From the human T2T-CHM13v2.0 reference genome, Homo sapiens: a stretch of DNA of 64,000 nucleotides. A program made the position numbers and the translations under genes. The notes below the pieces were generated by a model. That model was not told where the DNA came from and made no database searches. It was given only the letters and a program-made list of their open reading frames with translations. Where the stretch lies: assembly GCF_009914755.1 (NCBI RefSeq), contig NC_060944.1. The stretch is one strand, 5' to 3'. Positions within the stretch are counted from its first letter, which is position 1; the number at the start of each line of letters is the position of its first letter. Positions 1 to 14,600 of this stretch are shown piece after piece.

Positions 1-399
<399 letters not shown>

Positions 400-1187
400 T
401 CAAAACGCCAAGGCTGCAGAAGCAGCGCATCCACACACAGGCTCAGACACAGCCTCATAGTACCTGCCAACCAGATGAACTAAGTCGTTCAGCTCAGCCA
501 GTGCTGCTTTAAAGGGTGGGCCAGCCAGGAGGGCATACAGAGGGGTGGGGGTAGGGAATCCCTACTGAGGGCTAAACATCACTTGCGTTGTCATGGAATG
601 GGGGAAATGATTTACCAGCCCTCTTCTCAGAGAGAAAGCTGTCTGAGTATGGAAGGATGCCTAGATGACCTGCTCAGGATAGATGAGAGACCTCCGAGGG
701 GCAAACCCTAACAGGTCTGGGAAATTGCTGTGTTTGGACTTTGCCGAGTACATCTTGCAAGTTTGAGGCCAGAGCTGAACTGCTCTAGCCAATGGACTAG
801 ATGTTACGTGCAATGACCAGTGTTCTGTACCCTCCATCCTTCCCTCATTCAGCTCTCTGTCTCTACTTCAGATCAATAATGGCTATTTGTTTTAGGGATT
901 GCTAAGGTATTGGCCTGCCTGGGATATCTGCCCGTGGAACAATGGGCCTGGCATTTGCCCACTGACTTGAAGCAAGACCTGGAGCTTCCTTGCTTTCTCA
1001 TACCTGGTTCTCAGCTCCTGTTGCCCAGGTGTAATTCTGACACTGGTCTTGGGATAAAGGGCTGGACTCTGGCTTTATCTTACTTAGTGATTCATGTCCA
1101 GGCTCCCTAGACCAATCAATGTTGCCACAGCTCTGACCGCATGGGCTTCCAGGTGTGGATCTGGTATACCTGAGCTATGTTCTAGGA

Positions 1188-1599
<412 letters not shown>

Positions 1600-1919
1600 G
1601 TCTACTGAAAAATTACTGAGAGGACCTGAGTCCCTCCAGAGATGAAGGAGCATGAAATTCACACCTGTTTGTATAAATTTGTCTCCATTCACAACTTGGA
1701 CTAGAACTGAATAAGACCTCAGTTAAAAAACATATTCACAGTTAAAGACAAGTACCAGCAATCCCTGAGTGAGTGTGTAGTTGCTCATGGCTGTGCATTT
1801 TGTGTTCTGGAATAGATTCTGCAGCTTCCTAGAGAAGCAGACACTGAAAGTGCATAGATCAGTTGTCCCAAAGAAAACCCCACAAATGTGCACATAGCCA
1901 CTGAAGTTGGTTGGGTTAC

Positions 1920-2431
<512 letters not shown>

Positions 2432-2460
2432 TGGTCACCGAGCCTGGGATTTGCTCATAC

Positions 2461-2610
2461 CTGAAATTCATCTTTGATTTGGCTGGAGTTTGTCTGGGGG
2501 TCCAGCCTGCTGATATTGTAGTAGAGAGAACGGAACTCACACACAGGGATGGCAGTGTTGCCACAGAGGCACGCTTCCAGGATGGCATCGTGCACAAACA
2601 CATATTGCTC
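2461..2610 (-). CDS. PTPRT: PTPRT coding exon (150 nt): [50 protein letters not shown] (end of D1, D1-D2 linker)
   Basis: TTGCAG|GAG acceptor and CAG|GTATGA donor. Completes the Q-loop QTEEQY. Confidence 0.97.
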
Positions 2611-4620
2611 CTGCAAAGTCAGAAGAGAGGGAATGGGGTGCCAGGTAAGAACAGTGGCCTGGGAATTAGCTGTCCACATTTAGTGTTGTGGCTATGAAGA
2701 ATAGACATGATTTATCAATATATTACAGGATCCTTACTTTTTATACTGTAACCCAAAGGGCCAAATTTCCATGTTTCCTAATGATCACCTGAGCTATGGT
2801 GGGTCTTGTTTCTGATAGAAGATGTAATAGCATAGTCATGATAAAATGAGAAACTTCTAGACATGCTGTCAGCAGGCGCTCTTGGTGTCCAGCCCATGTC
2901 CCCTCAGCTTTCACCTTTACCTGAGGAAGGCTGCTTGCTGCAAACACCTGTGATTGTCTGCTGAAGGCAGAGGGGATACTTGGGCTGTGTGGAAAGGAAC
3001 CCTCAAGCAATGACAGATGGAGAGTTGAGGATAGAAATCTAAGAAATCTCTCCCTTTAGGTGGAATCACTTGGACACGCATGTGTCTCAGAGTTCGCCAG
3101 CAGAATTGGGTTCCAGTTGTCTACAGTGTTTAACAACTTGTTAAAGTAGCCTTTGTTTGTTTCCTTCCCTGCTCTGCCTCACTTTCCCATTCACCAGCCA
3201 CTGTGTCTTGGGATTACCTTCCAAGCAAATTATTTGCCGGCAAATCTTTGTCTCACGATCTGCTCCCAAAACGTGTCATATCTTCTCCTATCTCAATTCT
3301 TTGTACCTGCTGTACTCTCCTCCTGAAACTCCACTCCCTCTTTTCCATACCTTTAATGTTTCATTCTTTCTGGAAAGCCATCTGTTAATCCACCAGGCAG
3401 AAGTTGGTGTTACTTCTAGGCCCCAGATAAATGTTTGTTGAGTGACTTTTTCTGCAGAACTTGGTCAGTTTCTCTATAAAGAGTACTTTTCCAGATGCTA
3501 TGTGATGCATCTGCATTTGAATATGTCTCCCCATATGTCTGACTGCAACCAGCAAGCCTGGCTTCTGCATGCATGGACCTAGGAATAGATAAAGCAGCCC
3601 TCTTGGCTTTAGTGCTAGAAGCCTGAAGACTGGCCTGTGTGAGTTAGCTCAGAGCCTATGTGTGTAAACCAATCAATGGTGGTATTCACTGCAGATTCAG
3701 AGAGGCTGGCTGTACCAAAACCATGGGTCACTTCCCTTTGCAGGATTGATGATGTGCATAGTTCCCTATCTGTCCCAGCTCTGGTCGCCCAGGCACCCAG
3801 AGCCTTCACTAGAACAGAAGATGGGCTCGTTACAGGAATGATAAGCCAAGGTACAGAGTGGGATAGGCAGAAAAGGCTGCTTAGTGAGAGTGTGGTTCTG
3901 GCGAAAAAGCAGAGGCCTTTGGGGGTCACATGGACCGAAGTTCTACCACAGTCTGGTATGTGAGGTCTTAGGGACACAATTTCTTAGTTTCTTCTTCATT
4001 GATAAATTGGAGATAATACTAGGAGCTACACCATAGCTGGTTTGGAGGAGTAGAAACAATACCGTGACTAGAAAGAATGTATGCTGCCTGGCTCACAGTA
4101 GGTACACAACAATAAAGATTAATTCCTTTCAATACTCTTAGGTTTGGGCTCTCCAACTGCACAGAGAGTTGCCTAAAGGTCTGCTTCTCCCTTGAGGGCA
4201 GAGGCTGTGTGTTACATCTCTTGAAATGCCCAGCACCCAGCTTAAGTACTCAATTACTTTGTTGATTAAACCATTCCCTGCAGTGACTGAACCATCGCTT
4301 GGCACGTAGTGGTCACTGAATAAATGCCAGTCCTTCTCTTTCCTTCTCTATCACTTCACCCAAGGCAAGAATACTATTCCAATAATCCCCGAAATTTGTC
4401 ATTCTGTCCCTGCTTGGATGGCCTCAGAGATGGAGAACTCACCACCATTCTTCATTGGTGGAACTGCCTGCACTGTAGACCTCCAGGGTTGGCTGGGGCA
4501 CCCTAGCTTCTACAGTAGTCTCACCATAGTAAGCCACGTGTCTACTCCCTCCTGCTTCTCTCACACCCAGGTCCTTTCCATAGGATGCCCCTACCTATGT
4601 GTCTCTCCGTTCTATCATCA

Positions 4621-4836
<216 letters not shown>

Positions 4837-6179
4837 TTAAGGATCTTCATGGGGGGAACCTGCCCTGGGGAGGCCCCTAGCATTCAGCCCTATCCCCAAG
4901 GGTCCTGCTGGGAGGCTCTAGATTATGTGTTCCCACATTTCCTTTCTTAATATGTATAGTTTGTAATGCATGTGCAAACCACACATATACATGCCATTGC
5001 CTTGTCTGATGGATAAAATAATACATCCATATAGCATAAAACACCTAGCATGGTTCCTGGCATGCTGGAGCTGCCTCATAGATATGTCTTTCCTATTTTC
5101 TACCCTTCTTTTCTCTTCTTCAGCAAATGGGTTGACGGATGGAAGCAAAGAAGGAGAGGAGAGAGAACAGAGGGGAGATGAATGACAGGACAGAAACGAG
5201 AGTCCTCTGAGCTGTCCCCAAGACAGAGAGTGGTTGGTGGAGCACCACGTTCAAAGGCCGGCATCTGGCTCCACCTGCAGCTGTTTTCGCAGGATCGTGA
5301 AGCAAGAGTGTCATGAAACTGGAGCAGCTGACCGTCCGGAGACCCTTGTCAGGGATCAAGTTTCTTGATACATACTTACTTGATTTCTGGTCACTAGTGG
5401 CTTCTTTAGGAGAATCTCAGACCAAGTATAAAATGGTAGGGGAACTCAACGAGACTCTATGGGCCTTGGCCAGCCCTTTCTAGATCAGTGCTGGGCTCTG
5501 AAACATCAGTGCTGACCAAGAGGCACGTAAGACATGTGCCTTACACATGTGCAGTTTTGGATGGGAAGGCCGGGCAGCCTGTCAAGGAGGCCCCCTTCCG
5601 CTGCGTTTTCACATCTTGCCTTTCTCATGGAAACAAGTGTCTTTGTCTAACAATGTAGATGTCAAAAGACACACAAAGAGGAAGAGAGATGGAACAAGAC
5701 AAAAAAGCAATATTGGCTCATGGTAAATCCAAGGGGCACAGGCCAGTGCGGACCACTACCTACAACAATTTGGAAAGTACACCCATTGGAAGCAGAGTCT
5801 TCATTCATGAGAAACTTTCATGGTTTGAATGAAGTCTGACTTAAGTTTGCTTCAGAACCTACTCCCCAAAATCCAGATGCGGGGACTCAAGAGACTTGGC
5901 CTCTGCGTCTGGGAGGGAGTATAGGGGGGGTCACTCGTGTTTTTTTCTTCAATGTTCATATTCACCATGCTTTAGTATAAAGAATCAGCCCAATTTGGTT
6001 CCAAATTTTGGAACAACTATCAATCAATCAGCGGTGACCAAGTTGCCTAGTGTCCGTTTGTTTGTTAGCTTCAGATTTCTGATGCTTTTAACATACCTCC
6101 CTGCAGGGTCCTTGTGAGGACAAAGCTGTGTTTATTTCAGCATCACATAGTAATTGAACACAGGATATTTGAAAAGACC

Positions 6180-6440
6180 CCCTAGGATTAAATCCTGGCT
6201 CTATTACTTATTAGCTGCATGACCTCGGGCAAATGACTTAACCTCTCTGGGTTTCAATACTCATCTATAAAATGATGTTGATAATAATTAAAATACTCAC
6301 TCATCTATAAAATGATGTTGATAATAATTAATAGATCCACCTCACAGCATTAATAGCACAATATGTATAAATTGGATGAAATTACAATTAAAATGCATAA
6401 TGCATACAAATTGCTTTGTGCCTGGATACATAGCCATTTT
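6180..6440 (+). mobile_element. MIR SINE containing an internal tandem duplication
   Basis: aatcctggctctattacttattagctgcatgacctcgggcaaatgacttaacctctctgggtttca MIR core. Confidence 0.75.
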
Positions 6441-7902
6441 TTATTGAGAAATTATTACTATTATATTCAACAAATATTTATTGAAAATCTAAGATGCAGT
6501 AGATGCTGGTATTAGGAGTGGGAATATGAAAACAAACATTGTTCCTGTCCTGAAGGATTAATAAATAATCTGGGGAGGGGGAGAAAGAAAACATTAAGAG
6601 GAGGCAGAGAATAATGATATATTAGAGTGCTTACTATATGTCAGGCATTCTCTCTTAGGCACTTAGCCAACCCATTTGGTAATAATTTTCAGAATGGCCC
6701 CAGGAGTGGGTACCACTCTGCTCAGATGCATTAAGATGACCTGCTAAGGAGACACATACCGGCGTAGAGCCATCATGCGCCGAAGTCCTGATGATAAACA
6801 AACATTTGCCATTGTCTTTCTTTCTTTCTCCCTAACCCTTGATCTGGGTGCTCTTTGGGATATAGAGATGGGGGGCATTAATGATCCATTGCCCTTTGAT
6901 TGCTATGAGATATAAAGCAAAGCAGAAAATACATGCAAAACATTTAGAGAGTCCAGGATTACCTCCTCATCCTCACTTGCCTTATCTGTGAAATGGGGTT
7001 GTGTAGCTACTATTGCTGGGAAGATAAATAAATGGATGCTGTATGAGGACGGGGCTGGCTCTGAGACATCCACAGCTTATGGAGTCTTCCATGGTCTCTT
7101 GACTGACACAAACTGCCAGGGCAGGGATGTGATAACTCAAGCATCCAGGGTCTGAAAAGATGGGCTGCCCCAAGGTCATATTGGAAGAGAGAGGCGTTGG
7201 GAAGGAGGGGGATGCCAGCTGGCCAGCCTTCAGGTCAGGAAGGCCATCCTCCTCCAATTCTGGACACCCTTGACAGGATACTTCATCTCCATTTGGGAGG
7301 ATTCAAAGACATGCCACTCATTCTCAATGTGACTTTCTAGGTCAGAGCTGAAAATATCTCTTCTTCATAATAAGGTAAAACCTGGTGCTGTCCATTTCTC
7401 TCTATGAGGGACCCTGCAGGCTGGCAAGTGATCTTGAAAATAATATAGAAATGAAAAGAAGCATGCTTCCACCAAGGCGCCCTGCTGCCATGTCAAGGAG
7501 CTGAGGGCAAGTGTCTGGAGAAAAGCAGGTGAAATATCCCCACTCTGTGTTTACCTCCTCAGCACTTGAGTTTTTGTATCTGTAAAATGGGAATGTTAAT
7601 AATGCCCACCTCTCCAGACTGGACGAGAAGTAAATAATGTGGGTAAAATGCACGTGACAGACCCAGCAGATGCTGCCAGTGTTCAGCCTGCCTCCCTGGT
7701 GACTGACTTCTTCACTGTTTTCAGGCAACAACAGTAACAATGGCCACTACTGCTATTCCTTTTGTTAGCTGACCTTGTGACCAAGTATCATCAGAAAGCA
7801 CTGGGCATGGGGGGGACACAGGAAGAGGAGTCTCTAAGAGTAAAGCCACTAGAAAAGATAACATGTCCCTCCCAAGAAAGCCGAGCTGCAGAGGCACACT
7901 AG

Positions 7903-8184
<282 letters not shown>

Positions 8185-8204
8185 GGTGAAGGACCTTTGA
8201 CTTA

Positions 8205-8636
<432 letters not shown>

Positions 8637-10289
8637 ACCCTAGGAGACCTTCTTTTGTTTGCCTAGGGGATCGTCTTTGACAAATGTTTCATAGGAGGTG
8701 TATTGAGTACGGATTTAAAGAAATGTTGGCCTTAAGGACCAAGTCAGTCCAAATTGTTTCCAGTGGAATCTGAGGCGTTCAGTGATTGAGGTCTGATATT
8801 CTGTAGTGTTCCAGCCTTGGCTGTGATAGTCTGTGTGGCTTTCAAAGTTTATATAACTTAGTACTGACTTCTTTATTAAGTAGATTCTTACTTAGAATGA
8901 TTACATAAGATGCGAAACAAACAAAGGCAGAGCTTCTCTGATCTGATGGAGACAGAGTGGGGCCTAGAGCTCTGAGCGGTTCCCCTCCCCTTTCACACCC
9001 CTCCACCCCTCACAGAGACACACTCCGGGCCCAGTAGTGGTTTTCTGACCATTCCATGGCCAGGTCACACTTCTAAGCCTTCGCTTAGACAGTTCCTGTT
9101 CCCTACTATTTTTCTACTTAGCAATCTCCTGCAGATACCCAGAGAACACTGAATAGGAAGAGTCTGTTTGATTATTCATTCATTCCTTCATTGAAAAATC
9201 ATTTACCAAGTGTGACCTGTGCCCAGCCTTCCCAGCCTTGTGCTAGGTACTAGGAAGGTGAGAATAAAAGCCACAGCTCCTATCCCTGGAACAGCTCATG
9301 GCCTTGTCGGGGAGGCAGATGCCCAAGTGGGTAATTCTATTGAAGTGGATAAAGGAGTGCCTGCTAACCTGATCTGAGGAGAAGAGAAATCCCAGAAGGC
9401 TTTCTGGAGGAGGTGATGCTTGACCTCCATCTTGAAACAGACTAATAGTGAAAATAATAACTAACAAACATTAACTAAGCATTTACTGTGTGCCAGTCAC
9501 TCTTCTGAACACTTCAACATGCTAACTTACTTAATCCTGATATAAATCCCTATATTTTTATCTCCATTTGATGGATCAGGAAACTGAGGCTAAACAAGGT
9601 TAAGTGACACACCCAAGGTCACAGTACAACTCACAAGTTGTAAAGGGACCATGTGAACCCTGGCTGTCTGTCTCCACAGTCTGCACTCTTAATCATTCTA
9701 ATATAGTGATGTGTGAGTATTACCCAGTTGACGGGAGAAGAGGAAGGAATCCAAGGCAGGGGGACAGCATGGGCACAGGCCTGGGGACAGGGCTTAGCAT
9801 GGTGTGTGCAGAGAATCACTAGCAACCCAGGGCAATGCTAGAGGCAAGTGGAAGTCAGGCCATGGGAGACCACAGGCCTGGGGGTGCAGGAGAATAGATG
9901 AGAGCTGGATCCCAGAAGGCCTTGAATCTACATTAAGGCCTTTGGACTTTATCTCAAAGGCACTGGGAAGCTACAGGGAGATTACACAGACGGTTCCACA
10001 CAAGAGGAAGTGCATCATTAGACTTGCATTTTAGGAGGCTGCATCCTGCTACATGAAGGATGGATTCAGGTGGGTGGATCGGGGGTTGCAGAGAGGGCAC
10101 TATTGGTGCCCACTCAGATCCCCATCACTGGGCCAGTGGACTCATTGCCACCTGCTCTGAGTCGTGGCTGCACACAGCTCACAGTTACCCTCTTCTGAAG
10201 AGAACTGTTCTCAGCTGAACAGGAACCCCCCTCCCCTGGGGTGTGGCTGGGTGGGGCAGCATCCTTCAGTGACTGACTGATAGTAGAGG

Positions 10290-10400
10290 GAGAGTGACCA
10301 ACTGGCTTGCCACTTGCTCAGTCTGCCCAGGACTGACGGGTTGCCCGGTACGTGGGACTTTCAGTGCTAAAACCAGTAATGTTCTGGGAAAAACAGAAAT
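10290..10400. mobile_element. MER94-like hAT-Blackjack fragment within an old LTR16-like element
   Basis: gtgaccaact...gtctgcccaggactga...gggactttcagtgctaaaacc. Similar copies at about 49670-49772 and 60822-60930. Confidence 0.55.
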
Positions 10401-12029
10401 TTTTTTTACCCTTATGGGGGGCACCTGAGGCCCCTTTGCCTCAAGGTTGGACCAAGTGTGCAGTACCATTCATGTTCCAGGGCTCCCATGGGGTTAGGTG
10501 GAAGCAAGTCTCTGCTGAGGCCACTTCCTCACTCAGCTCCTTTCCCCACCCCATCCTGGCTCTCTCACTGCCTTCCCCCTGCAAACTCTCCCTAAACACA
10601 TGAGCCAGGGCACCCAAACGACTGCTGCTTCTGGCTCTGCTTCTGGGAAACCCAAACTAACATAGGGGCAGGACTAGAGGCAGACAGTCCTGTTAGGAGG
10701 GAGAAATCAGATGCCCAGATGAAGGCAGTGATGAATGAGCTGAAGTGAGAGAGGAGAAAGCTTCAAGAATACTTGGACTTTTTTCACGCCATCCTCCAAA
10801 TCAATTCAGTCCCAAGAAGCCTTCCTTCGAGCTCTTCCCACCTGTGCTGTGATGATTTATCAAGGATCCTCTCTCCCCGATGCGTCTGTGCTGTCTTCAA
10901 GGGCAGACAGCACTCCCTGTTTATTATTTCCAGGTTCCCAGCTCAGGAACCGATTTTGAGCTAAAATCGCAGGTAATGTTTGCTGAGTGCCTGCCTGCAT
11001 GCTGTGGAGAGGCTGGCTAAGCCCAGTTAATCCTCAGAGGCCCTTGGGGTCTTTTAAGGGCATCTCCCTGTGAGTAATATCTTCCCTCGTGGTTGTTTAA
11101 AAGACAAAGAAAATGTAACACGAGAAAGGACCTTAATGCCTCAACATGGTTTGCTAGCTGCAATTCCTCAAGGCCTCCCTGCCCGTGTCGCCAGTCACTC
11201 ATCCCATCCTCGGGCATTCAACACAGATGTGGCAGATGAGACTGGTACCCCTGGGTCCTCTTCCTTGGGCCTGTGCTTCCAGGCCTGAGCTGCAGGGACT
11301 GTTGGTTGCTACTGCCTTTCAATTGTCCCCTTCTCTGGAGACACGCCCTCAGCTGACAGGGGCTGGCCCACCCTGGAGGTTACCCCTCAGTGGATGGTCC
11401 ACGATCAGCAGACTGACTGACGTGGGAGCACAGAAGTCTGGCTTCCACGCCTTAAGGGGGACAACTCACTCTGTGGCATAGTTTATCCTTGGAGGTTCCC
11501 TGTGGATCAGCTCTAGGCTAGACTTCACTGGAGCCTCTGTCCTTGGTTGGTGTCTTTCCTTCCCTCTCCTGCTTCCCACTCTCTCTTAGGAATTTCTCCT
11601 GGGAGAGCTCCCCTGATATACCTCATGTTTCTGAATCCTTGCCTCAGGCTCTGCTTCTAAAAAACCTGACCTAAGGCAACATTGAAGTACCGATGGTTTC
11701 CTTCCTCTTAGTGGAGGGAGTTCACAGGCTTCCTGACTTTTTCACCCGAGACTGCAGATTCAGATGAAAAAGACCCTGAGACTTTAGGAGCCTGGGGGTT
11801 GGAGGGGGAGCTTCCGGGGCAAACAGTATGTCCTAGGCCACTCTGTATGCTGGAACAGTACTGTGTGCATGCCGGGCTCTAGTCTGCAGAGCAGCCTGCT
11901 TTGGCCCTTGCAAGGACTTGTCAAAGCCTCAAGGGCACAGCTCTCAAAGCATGTAAGTCCCCAGTGCTTTTGCATCCTTAGGCCTGTGGCCACATTGTCT
12001 ATTAAAGTGATTGGTTTTAGAGAAATGGA

Positions 12030-12285
12030 ACCTATGGTGTAATGGAAAGAGAAATGTGTTACAGGAGCCAAGGTGTGAATCCTGGTTGTACCAACCTTGC
12101 AGCTGGGCAACTTTGGATGACTGATTTAAACTCTCTGTGTCTCAGTTTCTTCATATGTAAAATGGGGATAATAATAGTGCTTACCTTATAGGGTTATTGG
12201 GAGGATTAACTGAGTTACTCTACGCAAAGCATTTAGAAAAGTACCTGGTCCAGTAAGTGCTCAGTAAGTGTTAGCTATCATTATG
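12030..12285 (+). mobile_element. MIR SINE
   Basis: ctctctgtgtctcagtttcttcatatgtaaaatggggataataatagtgcttaccttatagggttattgggaggattaa. Confidence 0.85.
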
Positions 12286-12403
12286 ATATAATAGTAATGA
12301 TAGAATAGCAATTATTATGTAACATGTTATAAATATATTTATTTGCAATCACATCCTTGCTCACCAAGCTTGTGCAGCCCTGGCCTCCTTTTAATGTCCA
12401 GAC

Positions 12404-12631
12404 CAGCATTTCTCAACCTCGACACTACTGATGCCTTGGGCTGGATAATCCTTTGTTGTCGGAGGCTGTCCTGTGCATTGTGGAATGTTTATAAGCATCT
12501 CTGGCCTCTCCACCCACTAGGTGCCAGTACCATCCTAACCCTTCTCCCCCAAGTTGTGTCAACCAAAAATGTTGCCAGACATTTACAAATATTCCTTGGG
12601 GGATCAAAATGCCCCCGGTTGAGACCACATG
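12404..12631 (+). mobile_element. MER20 DNA transposon (hAT-Charlie)
   Basis: cagcatttctcaacctcgacactactga...ggataatcctttgttg...ggctgtcctgtgcattg...ccggttgaga. Confidence 0.85.
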
Positions 12632-13071
12632 CCTTGAACAGGTTGAGATCACTTTTTCCCCTCCAGACTGCATGTTTTTTCCTTCTGCCTGGGATAGCTC
12701 TTCTTTCCTTTCTACCCTTCACTGGTTCCTCCTCCCTCATTCTCTGCCCAAATGCCTCCTCTGCTAAGAGGCCCTCTCCTACCACCCCATCCTACTGTGG
12801 ATTTCTATCTCCATCCTTTGCATATTCCTGTGTGGCTTTTATCACAATGTGTTGTTATTTCATTGATTTGCTTATTGAATTCAGTTTGCCCCACCTACTA
12901 GATGTGGGATCCCTGGTAGCAGGACCCATGTCTGCCCTGATTGCTGATCTGTTGCTGGTGCCAAGTATGGGGCTGGACGTAGAGCAGACCCTCAGTTACC
13001 ACATGTTCTGGATGAACAAACAAGCTGGCTCTCATGGTGGACCGGCTGCCCACAGCCTCCAAGAAGCTTAC

Positions 13072-13188
13072 CTTCTGGACTGTGAAGGTGCGTATGACGT
13101 ATTCTGCCAGGGGCTCTGTTTCAATCAGGGTGACTTTAATGTCTCCGTAGACCTCCGTGTCATCTGGCCAGTATCGCACACATTTCAC
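13072..13188 (-). CDS. PTPRT: PTPRT coding exon (117 nt): [39 protein letters not shown]
   Basis: CCACAG|GTG acceptor and AAG|GTAAGC donor. Contains the KCxxYWP motif. Confidence 0.97.
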
Positions 13189-13911
13189 CTGTGGCCAAGT
13201 GAGAGACAGAGACAGAGACAGAACAGAGACAAGGATGCATAAGCACATGGCTGAGTGTGAGCAGCTGTCTCATCTGGTCGTCCCATCCAAATAAACCCAA
13301 GGGTGACTTTGGTGGCATTTCAGTCCACAGGGTTCACAGCTGGCCAGGGATCAGCAAGCTGCACAGGGCCAAGCTCACTCCCAGAGGCACTGGAGCCATT
13401 AGAAATAATTGTAGTACCTTCTTTTGCAAAGCTCCTTGTAATTTTCCAATGCATTATCACACTATGTCATCAAATAGAACAAGGTGAGATAGGTGGGTGT
13501 TATTGTCCCCACTTTACAGATGAAAATAATACTGAAGTTCAGAGGTTTGGTGACTTGTCCAAGGCCATGTGGCCAGTTTGGGGACTGACTGAGTCCCCTT
13601 TCTGCTCTGTCAGGGTGGAGCAGCTGAGTATTATCAGCTGAGCAAAGATGAGAATAAAAGGTGGGAAATAGGAGGTGGAAGCAGAAGTGGTTGGGAGGGG
13701 GACATCATTAAGAGGTGGCAGTTGGGGGTCTGGAAGGAGAAAGGCTCTTGGTTGGGAAAAGGATGGTAGCTGCTGGACTCCAAGGGAAGATGCGCAGTTC
13801 CTCTCTGACCCTGGACGCGAGCAAGCCATTCCCCAGTCGACTGTTTAAGTCGCACTCATGGATGAAAAAGAGATCATGGTTTTCCCCTTAAAAGAACAAA
13901 AGCATGATTAC

Positions 13912-13971
13912 CATTCCGGGGGACGCCGCACGGCCTAGAGTGGCATTTCCCACAGTGTGTTCCGCTGGGTG
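13912..13971 (-). CDS. PTPRT: PTPRT alternative 60-nt cassette exon in D1: HPAEHTVGNATLGRAASPGM
   Basis: U-rich tract followed by CCTATTAG|CAC acceptor, and ATG|GTAATC donor. Exactly 20 stop-free codons, phase 0-0, between VEVGR and VKCVRYWP. I recall a 60-nt alternative D1 exon in RPTPrho isoforms. Confidence 0.85.
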
Positions 13972-14255
13972 CTAATAGGTGTTAGGTAAAAAACAAGAAA
14001 CAAAAAACAAACAAAAAAAGGTTTTGTGGTCAAATGAGTTTGGGAAATGCTGTATTACACAGTTAAATAGGCAGCTTTGCTACAGGACTATTCAGCTTCT
14101 TTCTCATGCTAGTGCTAATGTGTTTTGTGTTTTGCGACTCTCCAAAAGGGGCACAGAGGACGCAGCATTTCCCAAACGTATTTAACCGTGGAACCCTCTT
14201 CTCACTAATCATCCTGCAGACTAGCATCCCATGGAACCCACTTAGGGAAACACTG
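13941..14255. mobile_element. hAT-Charlie (Charlie4-like) non-autonomous DNA transposon overlapping the 60-nt PTPRT cassette exon
   Basis: Terminal inverted repeats at 13941-13963 and 14233-14255 (16/23 identical). Internal inverted repeat at about 14020-14052 and 14162-14195. Degenerate 8-bp TSD gcctagag/gtatagtg resembles the Charlie NTCTAGAN target. Confidence 0.7.
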
Positions 14256-14364
14256 GTATAGTGCAACAGAGCATGGGGGCAAATGGATTCATTGTTTGGT
14301 CCTAACACTCAGTATCTGGGTGGCCCAAGAAAGTGCTGAAGCCTCTCTGAGCCTCAGCTTCCTA

Positions 14365-14600
14365 TCAATAATGATAGCTAACATTTACTGACTGTGTACT
14401 CTGTCTACCACGGCTCACAAAGTGTTCTGCGAATACTTTACATGTATTAATTCTAATGACTTATCAACACAACTTTATGAAGTAGATATTATCATCCCCA
14501 TTTTGCAGACGAGGAAGCATAGGAAAGCTAAGAAAATTGCCCAAGGTCAACTGTTGGTAAGGGATGGGGCCAGGATGCAAACCCAGGGCACTTGAATAAT
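14365..14600 (-). mobile_element. MIR SINE
   Basis: attatcatccccattttgcagacgaggaagcataggaaagctaagaaaattgcccaaggtca. Confidence 0.75.

Noticed and set aside
12343-13242. 299-aa plus-strand ORF, the longest in the track
   Set aside because: It starts at a non-ATG codon, runs through MER20 and L2-like sequence and antisense across a PTPRT exon, and has no recognisable domain. Chance ORF.
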